Origin: Okamejei kenojei
Taxonomy: Eukaryota
Direction: 5' to 3'
NCBI GenBank assembly: GCA_035221665.1
Contig: CM069164.1
Coordinates: 15,128,001 to 15,192,000, forward strand
Length of the DNA stretch: 64,000 nt
Below, piece by piece: positions 1 through 12,559 of this stretch. Position numbers and translations under genes: made by a program. The notes below the pieces were generated by a model. The model worked only from the letters and a program-made list of their open reading frames with translations. It was not told where the DNA came from and did not search any database. Every line of letters starts with the position of its first letter. Within the stretch, counting starts at the first letter, position 1.

Positions 1-645
1 CGACAGGATGCTGCCCGTGGTCTACACGATGACTGTTATGTTTAACGTATTAACCCGCCAATCGTGCAATTACTGGCAGCATCAGCCTGGGTTTTAGTGC
101 CCTGGCTTCTGAAGAACGACAGCGTGAAAAATGTTCCGCACTTGAAACCAAACAGTCCCAGGCCCTGATTTTTATTTCCGCAACAACAGTAATGACAACA
201 TTAAAAACAATCCTCAATTAGTATTAAAGCGCGTTGGGTTGTTCTGAAAGGGATTTGAATGATGCAATGGAAAAAACATGTCTTTATTTTTCTGTAGCCA
301 CCAGGAACAATAGCAGAAGAAACGATGGGAGAGCAGCCAGAGCGTTAAGGAAACATACAAGGGGGTTTCCAACATATTTTGAAACAAGTTGGTATCGTTC
401 GAACCTGCGATTGACTAAAAAATAAACGCGAGCTATGAGACTGGTTAATGCCGAATGGTCTGACCACACACAGCAATTTGAGTTAAAAATCATAAAATAA
501 TGTGGAACGGAAGATAGTTTGGCCCATTGTGATTTTTCAAAAGTTTTCCAACTACCCAACTCCTTTGCTCTATAACCGCAGCCCCAAAGATATAGATCAG
601 AAATATGACTCCTGTTTCGGAGCTTCTGAAGAAAAAAATCCTTAC

Positions 646-718
646 CTTTGAAAGAAAACTCGGGCAAGCTGCAGACGGAATGAAAAAACAGGAGCAACGG
701 GATAACTATTCCCGACAT
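646..718 (-). CDS. CTSH: Signal-peptide first exon MSGIVIPLLLFFHSVCSLPEFSFK, probably cathepsin H exon 1
   Basis: aaaATG start, hydrophobic signal-like core, strong phase-1 donor G|gtaagg, CpG-richer surroundings. CTSH lies downstream of RASGRF1 on the same strand in human. Identity is inferred from synteny, not from strong homology. Confidence 0.55.
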
Positions 719-740
719 TTTCAGGAGGCGCCTTGACTAA

Positions 741-884
741 CACTGTTCCCCTTCCTCTGCTGAATTTCACTGCTTCTGCTTCCTCTTACTGTAAAGCAGT
801 TGCCAAACAACAAGCAGCTGTTAACTTGGAGAGAGAAGTCAATGCAGAGCTGTGGTGGCTGTTCGGCGAAAAAGTGGGAGGGGG
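741..884 (-). promoter_or_regulatory. Putative TATA-less promoter of the signal-peptide exon, with ETS/PU.1-type boxes and a GC-box-like element
   Basis: AGAGGAAG at 758-751 and 786-779, GGGGAAC near 751-745, GGGAGGGGG at 876-884. Confidence 0.35.
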
Positions 885-1077
885 CAATGAAGCGCGTTTT
901 CTAAATGCTGTAAATGTTGAATTTTACAACCCCTGGTCTGTGCTGGAAGACAGATAAAGTTGCAAACTGTATGTGTTTTCAATTAGTAAGGGGGAATGAT
1001 TGAGGTTGGTACCATCGTGTGGATAAAGGATGTATTGCTCTTTAATAATTTGACCTTGACAAAATAGATCACCTATA

Positions 1078-1206
1078 GAGTCTGAAGAAGGGTTTCGGCC
1101 CGAAACGTTGCCGATGTCCTTCGCTCCTTAGATGCTCGCTGAGTTTCTCCAGCTTTTTGTGTACTCGATTTTCCAGTATCTACAGTTCCTTCTTTAAAAC
1201 TTCTTT
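1078..1206 (+). mobile_element. Solo Penelope-like terminal repeat (pLTR) copy with an intact minimal hammerhead core
   Basis: CTGAAGA-A-GGGT(TTCG)GCCC-GAAAC-GTT at 1082-1109; flanking direct repeat ATCACCTATA at 1068-1077 and 1207-1216. Confidence 0.7.
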
Positions 1207-1894
1207 ATCACCTATAATCACGCCATTTACCAGAAGAGCATGCAGGGCAGTGCTATTAAAAACGTGACAATAATCACGATACAAAACACCAAAACAGCTG
1301 GACTAAAATTCTCATGATCTAAGATCAAATTAAATAACTGAGCAAGAAATGTAACCTTTAAAAAAGTTTAGTTTCACATCCCATTCAGTACAACTGATCC
1401 ACACTAGTGTGTATAGCCTATTTTAACATGTTCGCTCATTACATCACTGAGAATAAAACCTATTTTGTCAATTAGAGAACATATTTATTGATACAATATG
1501 GGTAAACTTCGAAAAAATCATAGAACTTTTCACACTTAATGGTCTTCCATACATCTCCAGGCATCAACAGGTCGGGAGAGAGAAATCAAGTTAATAGTTC
1601 AGTTTGATGGACTTTTAAACCTTGAGCAAACAAGTGGGTTTTAAAGTGCAGGGAAGGGAGGTCTGGAGAAAACAGAGGGAATGTTTGTGACAGTTTGGAG
1701 CCAAGATTGCCCAGGTGATACAAGTGCTGTTGGTGATGTACAAAGGAGTTAAAAAGGGCTGTGTGGAGGAGATATAAATGGAGGGAGATGAGTGAGGACA
1801 GGGGAGTTGATAAAATGCAAAAGATGGTGCTGGAACTGCGAAATGTAGAGCATTGCATTTTCTAAAAATCTTAAATAAAAAATAATACTGAATA

Positions 1895-2135
1895 CTGAAC
1901 TAATACTACTCAGCAGGTCAGGTACATCTGCAGAGAGCGAAAAAATGTTACATGTTACATGTTGAATGGGCCTCATGCAAGGTCAGTTTTTCTCTCCACA
2001 AACTAGTTCTGATGAAAACTCATTGACCTGAAATTGTAATACTGTTTTTCTCTTCACAAATGCTGCTTGATCTGCTGAATATTTCCCGTATTTTCTTTTT
2101 CAGATGTCCAGCATATTAATTTTTGTTTGCTTTAG
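1895..2135. mobile_element. Older palindromic pLTR-type repeat with a degenerate CTGATGA...GAAA core
   Basis: Inverted arms ctcagcaggtcagg / ttgatctgctga; CTGATGA at 2009-2015, GAAA at 2030. Confidence 0.5.
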
Positions 2136-2737
2136 AATATCATGTTTAGCAGAATAATTACAATTACCTGATGAATCATTTCATGTTTCATGTCTGCCAC
2201 TTGAAAGCAACTATAATAATACAGATTGCAAAACTTTTATTATGTTCATCTTACTTGCATTAAATTCTGTGCGGCTGTAAAAAATATTTAAGCAAACTTA
2301 AATTGAATGCCCATTTGTATTACTCTAGTCTTTTTTTGTCCACTAAATACTCTCTTTTGGTATTTAAAACACATGTTCAAGGTTGTTTTCAATTATATTA
2401 GTGTGACAATCAGCAACCCACCACTCTTGTTATTTGCATTACTCAAGATCTCAATTTAAAAACACAAGGCTCTCTTAGTCGAGTGTTAATAATGTTTCAA
2501 GTTCCGTAAAAACACATTCATCCACCCAAACTTGCTCATGTTACAGTTCAGTTGAGTTTAGTTTATCGTCACGTGTACCAAAGCACAGTGAAAAGCTTTT
2601 ATCGCTTGTAGTTGTTACAAACTTCACCCTGACCTCCAGGCCTGTAGTTTGAGCGACAACAGGAACTGGGCCACACGATGAGGAGATCCTCTGTCTATCT
2701 CAACCCTGAAATCCTTTTGATGGATACTACACACCAA

Positions 2738-4339
2738 AGTGGATAAGTCTCCAGGTCCTGACAGGATATTCCCTAGGACATTGAGGGAAGTTAGTGTAGA
2801 AATAGCAGGAGCTATGACAGAAATATTTCAAATGTCATTAGAAACGGGAATAGTGCCGGAGGATTGGCGTACTGCCAATGTTGTTCCATTGTTTAAAAAG
2901 GGTTCAAAGAATAAAGGGTTCAAAGAATAAACCTAGCAATTATTGACCTGTTAGTTTGACGTCAGTGGTGGGCAAATTAATGGAAAGGATACTTAGAGAT
3001 AATATATATAAGCATCTGGATAAACAGGGTCTGATCAGGAACAGTCAACATGGATTTGTGCCTGGAAGGTCATGTTTGACAAACCTTCTTGAATTTTCTG
3101 AAGAGGTTACTAGGGAAATTGATGAGGGTAAAGCAGTGGAAGTTGTCTATATGGATTTCAGTAAGGCCTTTGACAAGGTTTCCCATGGAAGGTTGGTTAA
3201 GAAGGTTCAATCTTTGGGTGTTAATGGAGGAGTAGCAAGATGGATTCAACAGTGGCTGAATGGGAGATGTCAGAGAGTAATGGTGGATGGCTGTTTGTCA
3301 GGTTGGAAGCCGGTGACCAGTGGGGTGCCTCAGGGATCTGTGTTGGGTCCACTGTTGTTTGTCATGTACATTAATGATCTGGATGATGGGGTGGAAAATT
3401 GGATAAGTAAGTATGCAGATGATACTAAGATAGTGGCGTTGTGGATAATGAAGTAGATTTTCAAAGTCTACAGAGAGATTTGGGCCATTTGGAAAAGTGG
3501 GCTGAAAGATGGCAGATGGAGTTTAATGCTGATAAGTGTGAAGTGCTACATCTTGGCAGGACAAATCAAAATAGGACGTACATGGTAAATGGTAGGGAAT
3601 TGAGGAATGTTGTGGAACAGAGAGATCTAGGAATAACTGTGCATAGTTCCCTGAAGGTGGAATCACATGTAGATAGGGTGGTAAAGAAAGCTTTTGGTGT
3701 GCTGGCCTTTATAAATCAGAGCATTGAATATAGGAGTAGGGAAGTAATGTTAAAATTATACAAGGCATTTCTGGAGTATGGTGTACAATTCTGGAGTATG
3801 GTGTACAATTTTGGTCGCCTAATTATAGGAAGGATGTCAACAAAATAGAGAGAGTACAGAGGAGATTTACTAGAATGTTGCCTGGGTTCCAGCAACTAAG
3901 TTACAGGGAAAGGTTGAACAAGTTAGGTCTTTATTCTTTGGAGCGCAGAAGGTTAAGGGGGGACTTGATTGAGGTCTTTAAAATGATGAACGGGATAGAC
4001 AGAGTTGACGTGGATAAGCTTTTCCCATTGAGGGTAGGGAAGATTCAAATAAGAGGGCATGACATGAGAATTAATGGACAGACGTTTAGGGGTAACATGA
4101 GGGGGAACTTCTTTACTCAGAGAGTGGTGGCTGTATGGAATGAGCTTCCAGCAGAAGTGGTGAAGGCAGGATCGATTTTAACATTTAAAAGTAAAGTGGA
4201 TAGGTATATGGAGGGGAAGGGAATGGAGGGGTATGGTCTGAATGCAGGTAGATGGGACTAGGGGAAAACAAATGGTCGGCACGGACTGGGACCGAGAGGG
4301 CCTGTTTCCGTGCTGTAATTGTTATATGGTTATATGGTT
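2738..4339 (+). mobile_element. 5'-truncated CR1-clade LINE (RT region plus 3' tail), disrupted
   Basis: Motifs [41 protein letters not shown] in broken ORFs; (ATATGGTT)n tail; internal 16- and 20-bp tandem duplications. Confidence 0.92.
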
Positions 4340-4744
4340 AAGGCTTTGCTGGTTGTAAATGTTGTGTGTGGTTTGGTTCTCTCGGATGTTTTAAAACAAT
4401 GAAAACAGAAAAAATATCTAAAAGTATTGATATTGGAAACATGTATTAAAAAAAACAAAAACACCTTAAATCTTTGGAAATAAAAAGTGAGGTAACTTAA
4501 AGTGTCTTTCTTGAAGTAACTCATAATTCTGTCCCTCATAATCCTCTTTGAAGTTACAGCCATGGGATCTACGATTCTTTGCCACATTGCCACATCAACC
4601 CTGGCACAAGATCTGTGGCAATTCCTGCAAGAATCCCAGCAAGATTGTCTGGGGAGTCCAGCGACAAGGTGAACTGTGGAGGCAAAGCAAGTAAAGTTCA
4701 GCCTTCGGACTCTGTCAGTCATTTGCCAGTGTGCACGTCAAGAG

Positions 4745-5120
4745 TGTCAAGTCAAGAATGTTTAAATATCATATGTACTGGAAACAGAACATCGAAATTC
4801 TTCACCACTGCTGCAGCTTTATAGACTGATGAATGGAATAACACAACAAATTAATATTGCAATATAATCAGAAGTACTGGGTAACTAGACCAAAATTGTG
4901 CAAAACGGAAGTACGTACAAAAAAACCCCAACGTCCAGAGTATATCGTTGTTGAGGTAGGGTTTCTGGTCGGGGGCCTGCAGTATGGCTCAAGAGCCTGA
5001 TGGTTGATGGGAAGAAGCTGTTCTTGAATTTGGGGGTCACTGTACTCTGATCTCCTGCATCTTCTTCCCAACAGTAGCAGCGAGATGAGGGTATGGCCAG
5101 GGTGTTTGAGAGTGCATGCA
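4745..5120 (-). mobile_element. Rex1/Babar-type LINE 3' fragment
   Basis: C-terminal motif FKNSFFPSTIRLL in ORF 4885..5121. Confidence 0.65.
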
Positions 5121-5819
5121 TCAGACTTCTGGACTTAGCAGCTGAATGCCACTAGTTCCAATTTACCACATTATTTTGCTTCTTGGCATTCTTTTTAACA
5201 AACATTGTCCCATATTGCTCTCTATCAGAGGATTTATCCCCAAACTTTCTCGACAGCTTCTCCTTATATTTTGATAATTTATAATAGGCTGCTACATTTT
5301 TCTACATAAAGAAAAGAGTAGCTTGTTATTGCTTGTATAGTACATATTTTTCACTTATTCGGATATTCAGGAACATATTATTCAGCCCTCAAGGCTGTTC
5401 TGTCAATACCTTAGATCACAGCTGCTCGGAGCTGCAGTGTGTGAATGCTTGGCTTCTGATGATGAGATAGAGCAATGGTCTGGAATTGGAGGAGTGATGA
5501 GTGAGGACTGGGGTATAACGGCAGGGAAGAATAACTCCAGAAAGACACAGCAAGGTAAAGGAGCATGTGAGAAGTTTGAGTGATATGTTGGAGCCTTAAA
5601 TGCCAAAAGGGTCGCTTTAATGGTTGATGGGAGCAGAGTGCAGGTTTTAGAATTGATATTGGAGACGCAAGAGACTGCTGATTCTCTACTAGAACAAAAA
5701 CAAACTGTTAAAGGAACTTGGCTGCTCAGGAAGAATCCTGGTGCAGTTTCTTGACTGGAAATGTTGACTGTTGCTTTGCCTCCACAGATGCTGCCTGACC
5801 CACTGAGTTCCTCAAGCAG

Positions 5820-6528
5820 ATCTTTAGACCTTTTCATTTCCAACTGCCGGCAGGACATCACCGCCTCAACCTTTCCACTCCCCTTACCTACTCTAACCTC
5901 TCCCCCCCAGAATGTACAGCCCTCCGCTCACTCTGCAGCAACCCCGACTTGATAATCAAACCTGCTGACAAGGCAGGTGCCGTGGTAGTCTGGCGTGCTG
6001 AGTCCAGGTGACAACTCAGACACCTCCTCCTACTCATCCTTGGACCATGACCCCACGGACGAGCACCAGCCCTTAATATCACACACCATTTCTGATTTCA
6101 TCACTTCCAGCTCTCTGCCCTCTGAAGATCGCTGAACACCTCTGCTCAGTCCGCTTTAACCTACCTGATCTCCTGGTTGCTCAGCACTTTAAATCCCTCT
6201 CCCATTCCCAATCTGACCTTTCTGTCCTGGGCCTCCTCCATCGTCGGAGTGAGACTCGGTGCAAATTGGAGTTACAGCACCTCATATTTCACTTGGGTAG
6301 CTTGCACCCCAGCGGTATGAACATTGACTTCTCCAAATAGCCCCTGCTTTCCCTCTCCCTCCATCCCCTCCCCTTCCCGGTTCTCCCACTAGTCTTACTG
6401 TCTCCGACTACATTCTATCTCTGTCCCGCCCACTCCCCTGACATCAGTCTGAAGAAGGATCTCAAACCCATTTCTTCTTTTCAGAGATGCCGCCTGTCCC
6501 GCTGAGTTACACTAGCATTTTGAGTCTG
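5820..6528 (+). mobile_element. Internally deleted Penelope-like retroelement (RT N-terminus, GIY-YIG C-terminus, pLTR) nested in an older pLTR-type repeat
   Basis: IIKPADKAGAVVVW from 5952; QHLIFHLGSLHPSGMNIDFS at 6275-6334; cagtctgaagaagg at ~6445; 11-bp TSD TCCTCAAGCAG at 5809-5819 and 6529-6539. Confidence 0.8.
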
Positions 6529-6751
6529 TCCTCAAGCAGTTTGTTGTCTTTTTGGAGTTTATATCACTGGAAGCAGTGACAGTTAGAGGAGGACTCTTGA
6601 GAACCAAGCTTCAATATAGATAATGGTTTTAGGGATTTAGGGATAAGGGCTTTAGGGATTAAAAATTGACGTGGTCTTTACATTCTGCTTATTTTGTTAG
6701 AAAAGTGTAATCATTTGTAAATGCTTTTAAAAGTGATACATGCAGTTGAGT

Positions 6752-6873
6752 AGAAAGTAACTGGAGATGCTGGTATATACTGAAGATAGACACAAAGTGC
6801 TGGACAAACTCAGTGGGTCAGGCAGCATCTCTGAAGAGAATGTGTGACATTTTGGGTCGGGGCCCTTCTTCAG
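6752..6873 (-). mobile_element. Solo pLTR copy (hammerhead core decayed)
   Basis: Reverse complement gtctgaagaagggccccgacccaaaatgtcac; 14-bp direct repeat ACATGCAGTTGAGT at 6738-6751 and 6874-6887. Confidence 0.7.
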
Positions 6874-7574
6874 ACATGCAGTTGAGTTGTCAAAGTATTT
6901 TACGTATTGCAAATACTTCATAGTCATAAACAGAAGGAACGTTAAGATATGAGGGCACTCAGGTCATTACCAGTGATAAGTTTGCTATTTGCTATGTCAT
7001 TTATCTTAAAATTATTCATTGCCGACTGTCTGTTATCTGTAAAGCTCATGTGCAAGGCAAAATTGTCTGTCGGCATTATACAATATTGCAGTTTGTCATC
7101 TTATTAGCCCAGGAATTCTACTGATATGCAGGCATGCACGGAGACTGCATTAAACACCAGGTTTCCTCACTTGAATGCGATGTGGCTTTAGTGATATACA
7201 TGGCCGTTGAGGCGTAATAATGTTCAATGAGCCAACAATCACAAAACAGTCTGCAGAGTTTAGGCAGATGATTCTCTAAATGCAGCTGAACAAAGTAATC
7301 ATTTGCACTTAAACCTTCTCCTTTAGTCACTTTTTTTTAATGCACTGGTATTCAAAAGATTTTTGAAGGTGGAATTTCTTAGGTATTTTCACGAAGCTGC
7401 TAATTATGGCAATGTGGGAAAGGGTCCAAACTGTGGCTATATAAGGTAAATAGTTATATAAACAAATCCCTGCCCACAGCCTCAACGCAGGCAGTTCTGG
7501 TAATGAAGAGAGCATCGCTGGAGCTGTTTCCCCTGTGCTGCTATCTGTGATACACTAGTGGACATCACAGGCAT

Positions 7575-7878
7575 TGACCTTCCAGGTGTCCAGAGGACAT
7601 AGGTTTACAGTGAAAGGGAAAAGATTGAATAGGAATCTGAGGAGTAACTTTTTCACACAAAGGGAGGTGGGTGTATGTAAAAACCTGCCAGAGGAGGTAG
7701 TTGAGGCAGGGACTATCCCAACATTAAAAAAGTTAGACAGGAACATGGGTAGGAAAGGTTTGGAGGTATATGGACCAAATGCAGGCAGGTAGGACTAGTG
7801 TAGCTGGGACATATTGACTGGTGTGGGTAAGTTGGTTCCGAAGGGCCCGTTTCCACACTGTTTCACTCTATGACTCAA
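7575..7878 (+). mobile_element. CR1 LINE 3' fragment
   Basis: RSNFFTQREV motif; ctatgactc tail. Confidence 0.8.
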
Positions 7879-7879
7879 C

Positions 7880-8215
7880 ACCATTGAAGGGATCTACAGG
7901 AAGTGTTGCCTCAAGAAGACAGCTAATATCTTGCCACATTCTCTTCTCACCACTACCATTGGGAAGAAGGTACAGAAGCATGAGAAACATTACCTCAGCT
8001 TCCTCCCATTAACCATGAGGTTCTTGAACAACTGTGCACAACCCGACCTCAGCAGCAAACTGCAACAGATTTTGCAATACTTTGGTCTTTTGCATTATCA
8101 TGGTCTAGTTTGCTTAAAATGACTTTTAATTTACTGTATATTTTGTTGTTATTGTTGCATCTAATGAGTCTGTAAAGCTGCAGCAAGAAATAATTCATAT
8201 TCAGCACATATGAAA
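7880..8215 (+). mobile_element. Rex1/Babar-type LINE 3' fragment
   Basis: FSPLPLGRRYRS motif followed by an AT-rich 3' UTR. Confidence 0.6.
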
Positions 8216-8814
8216 ATTGCGATGGAAGGGTTAAAACAGGATGCAATATCAACTACTTCCAAATTGTTTTCCTATTCATATTAAGGCCAGGGGTATAGCA
8301 GCAAGACTTGGCAATCATCTCCTTCAATGAGATCTACAGATTGGAAATGGATTTTGATACCTTAAGTATCAGGTGACAGATAGAGCAGTCACTGATACTC
8401 ATGGACACTGTAACTTGAATAAACGTGAAATGATTCTAAACCTCCTCTCTGTCTTCAGTCACATCTGGCAAACTTCTTTTATGATTCTAAGGACGATTGT
8501 CCATGGAATTTGCTTGAATGGTTTAACTATTTGAAAATAAAAGTGATGTTTTTTTATTAACATTTGAGTTTGGTATCAATAAAGATATTAAAGCAAAAGA
8601 TCAAGAAAAAACTAATGACCTTAGATGGGTTTAAATTAGTTTAGTAGGGAGTGAGACCCAAAGCAGTAATGTAGCCGATGGGAAAATTGAAGCAAACATA
8701 GCTATAAAAATGATTAAGTCAAGTAGGCAGGAGACAGGAAGGTTGGATTAACCAAACTGCATTTATCTTATTGCATGAAGCCTGACAGGTAGGCAGATGA
8801 GTTTAGGGCAAGAC

Positions 8815-10060
8815 ATCAGTAGTGGGAAAATTGTTGGTAATAATTCTGAGAGATGGGATATATTTGCTTTTGGAAAGGCAAGGACCGATTAGCATAGCTT
8901 TGTGCATGAGTAAAAGTGTATCTTCAGGTGATCAGGAGGATTGATGATGTAGGGCGATAAATGTTGTCCACATGGACCTCAGCAAGGCCTTTGACAATAA
9001 TATGCTGGTCTGAAGGTTAGTTTACTCATAAAGGGAGAACTAGCCAAATGGAAACAAAATTAATTTGATGGTAAGAAGCAGAGGGTGGTGACGGATGGTT
9101 GTTTTTCAGATTGGAAGCTGGTGAGCAAAAATGTGCCACAGGGATTAGTGTTGTGTTCCTGTTATTTGTCACACATCAATGATTTGGATGGGAATTTAAG
9201 TGGCATGATTAGTACATTTATGGACGGCACCAAAATTGGTACTTTAATGGACAGTGAAGAATGTTGTCCATAGTTACACCAGGTTCTAGACCAACTGAGT
9301 ACATGGGCAAAGGAATGGCAGATGGAGTTTAACTTAGTAAGTGCGAAGTGATGAATTTTGGTCGGTTAAATCAGGGCAGGACATACACAGTAAATGGCTG
9401 GGCTCTGCGGAATATCGTTGACCAGAGAAATTGAGTTGCCTAAAAGTGGTGACACATTCGCTGAAACTGGTGACAAAGGTAGACAGGGTAGTGCTTACCT
9501 TCATAAGTAGGGATATTAAGAACAACACTGGGACAATATGTTACAATGGTACAAGTCAATTTGAGTCTTCTATGTGTTTCTGATCACCAGACTTTAGAAA
9601 GAATGTGATGAAGCTAGATGAAGTGCAGGATAAATTCAGCAGGATGTTGCCTGGAATGGAGGATTTGAGTTATAAGGAGAGACCAGACAGGTTGGGAGTA
9701 TTTTCCCTGGAACAAAGGAGGCTGAGGGGAGACCTTAAAGACATTTATAATATTATGAGAGGCACAGATTGGATTGTCACAATCATTTTCTTGGGATAAG
9801 GTAGTCTACGACAAAAGGGCATAGGGTAAAAGTGTAAAGATGAAGATTTAAAGGAGATCTGAGGGGCAGATTTGCCATTCAGAGGTTGGGTTTATGGAAT
9901 GAGTTGCCATAGGAAGTAGTAGAGGCAAGTACAATTACAACGTTTAAGATATTTGGATGGGTTTAGAAGGATGTGGGCCTAGCATAGATAAATGATTCTA
10001 GCGTAGGTAAGCATCTTCATTGGCACGGATGAGTTGGCTTGTTTCTGTGCTGCATTACTC
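8815..10060 (+). mobile_element. Old, decayed CR1 LINE
   Basis: Degenerate DLSKAFD, VPQGLVL, MDGTKIG and LEQRRLRGDL motifs. Confidence 0.8.
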
Positions 10061-12304
10061 TGACATGATGACCTTAATGGCAGTGAAAAGCACAGACATT
10101 AGAAAGGCACTATTTCTTAAACCATGCTTTCATTTGTACTGCATTTATTTTGTTTGAAGAACTGAAAATAACATTAGAAATTAAACAGTGAGAGGAACAC
10201 AGGAACTTTAGGGGATTACACAGCCCCGCAATCCTCTCCTAACATTTAGAGCTAGACTTGTGAGGCTATTGACCCATTAACTATAGTAAGGGTAGGGTTC
10301 AGAGAGGCTTTTGAAAGTATGAAAGCATTTAATGGAACGTGGAAAAACAATTATCATTTGTAGGGACCTAAAATCTAGAAGTTATCGAAATATGAGTCAT
10401 TGGTAAATCCAACAATGAACTCTTACCCAGAGAGTGGTGGGTATGTGAACCAAGGTCCTAAAGGAAGTGATTGAAACTAATACAACATATTTATGGGAAA
10501 GTTAGACAAATGTGTAATGGAGAAGAAAAACTGAAGGATATCCGGAGCCAGTGAGTTGAAGTAGGTTGTGAGGAAGTTGCAGTGCACAATAAACTCCAGC
10601 ATTGACCATATGGACTGAATGGTTTGTGCAATCGCCAATATAGTTGCTTAATAAAAATCTCCACTTTGAATTTTTTTTCTGACCTGATCGCACTTCATAC
10701 CATTTACCATACCCACACTATCTCCTGCTCCATCTATAGGCAGTTCTGTAGCTATTTACATTGAAAGCCAGAATTCCTCTCCACCTTTTGGCGATGAAGC
10801 ACTTCCTGATTTCACCTGAGCAGTTTGGCTTGAATATTATGATTTTGCCCTTTGGTTCTGCACTCTATAAGCAGCAGAGGGAGTTGGCTTGGAGAGGCAG
10901 ACTGAAGACCAGGTTTGGAATGGTCTGTGTATGACACATTACACTAAGCTGAATCAGTGGAGAGGCCTGGTTATGTATTCGAGGAGTGATTTTTAACAGA
11001 TAATCATGCTCAAACCCCGATTTCCTTTTTTTGCATTTTTGACTGAATCGTTATTGCGCACATTTACTATGAAGTACAATTAAGTTAAAATAAAAGAATA
11101 CCCAAGAAAATGTTGACAGACTTGTGAAAAATCTCTTTACTCATAAAATAATGTAAGTACACGCAGAGCAAAGATCCAGCCTATTTGCGTTTCTCATCGC
11201 TGCTCGGAGACTCCAGGAGCTGCCCAAAGCCACTGTGGATGAACCTTATCCTGGACATTGTGAGTGCAGAGCACCTCGTGTCAGCCAAAGCAATCCCAGA
11301 GAAACTTAAAGCAGCTTGGGGTCTACAGAGAAGCACTGGCCTGGAGATTGAGCTTCAGCAGAACTCTTATTCCAGAATTGTTTGTAAGGGAGTTTTGTTT
11401 CTGTATTGGGGGGTAGAGGTTTTCTTTGGTCCTCATTAAGGTGAGGTTTATCTTGGTAATTCTCATCTTAATGAGTTGAGAAATTTTGGTGTTCAGTGTT
11501 CTGCAGTTAGGTAGAGCATGGGATAGGTGCAAACTAATGATCTCTTGATATGTTTAATTCAGTAGGAGTGTGTGGACATCCCCCACACTATCCTTGGGCA
11601 TCAACTGGAAATTGGTGCTGCATCCAGTGGGCTTTTATGTGAGAGGCCCCTGTTTCTTGACTGTGTAGTCTGAGCCTCATTATTTAACAACAAAGATCAG
11701 CAAGGAGAGGATTCAAACCAGGGTCCCAGGGGTGCTAATCCAGCCTTAACACTGGAAAGGAGTCATACGACCCATCAAGGTAATCTTAATGTGGACATGA
11801 GATAGAAGGTGAGTGAGCTAGAGAGTGGAAATTTTCAATCTGGGTAATGAACTCGGATCCTCCCCAGGAAAGGATGGTGTGCTGGTCAGTTACATCACAC
11901 TGCCTCCAGTGGTGAAAGGAAACCTCCATCAGAGAAGAGGTGCCTGTTAGATTTAGCCTTAAGCCTGCGATAACAAGACCAAGTGTGGATGAGAGCATCA
12001 CACAACCCTTTGTAAGTGGGAAGGGTCATTCAGCACATCAGTAGGTCCCAGTGGTGAAAGGAATCCATGAGATAGGGAAGACTTTAATGCCGTGGGCCCT
12101 GCACCCTGGGCTGGATTGGATCCAGGCCCCTGGAAGTGAAAGGGCATGTTCTGGCCCATGATACCATCCATTCTGGGATAGAGTTAGAGAACTGTGTAGA
12201 TTTTCTAAAGAATGCTGAAATGGTTCAGTTGTAACTTAAATACCAACAACTGCTGCACTATTTTTTTCAAAAAGATTTGCTCTACAATAAAAGTCCAGCA
12301 GCTG

Positions 12305-12310
12305 TTTATT
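12305..12310 (-). terminator. Candidate polyadenylation signal AATAAA for RASGRF1
   Basis: tttatt on the plus strand, about 157 nt downstream of the stop codon. Confidence 0.5.
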
Positions 12311-12466
12311 GTCAAATGGCCCTCTGGAGCAGGTGGACGGATGGTGCACTCCATGTATTATTTAGTAGTGTCTTCTCTTCAGCAATGGCCCATGCACAGC
12401 ACATTGAAGGAGACCAGCGATATCATCAGTTATGCAAGGTTTCTGATGCTGAGGGATGATTGTGAT

Positions 12467-12559
12467 TCAGGTTGGCTGCTTTGGTTCTATCCTCAGAGAT
12501 GCTTCATAAAGGCTTTCTTCATCCATGACGTTAGACTGCTCTAATAAATACCGTGCCAC
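12467..12559 (-). CDS. RASGRF1: RASGRF1 last coding exon [30 protein letters not shown]
   Basis: tag acceptor; TGA at 12469-12467. Confidence 0.95.
   Translation of the reverse strand: MARYLLEQSNVMDEESLYEASLRIEPKQPT

Noticed and set aside
284-718. 144-aa ORF as a single-exon gene
   Set aside because: Only the first 24 codons look like protein; a strong donor at 645 indicates the rest is intron read-through.
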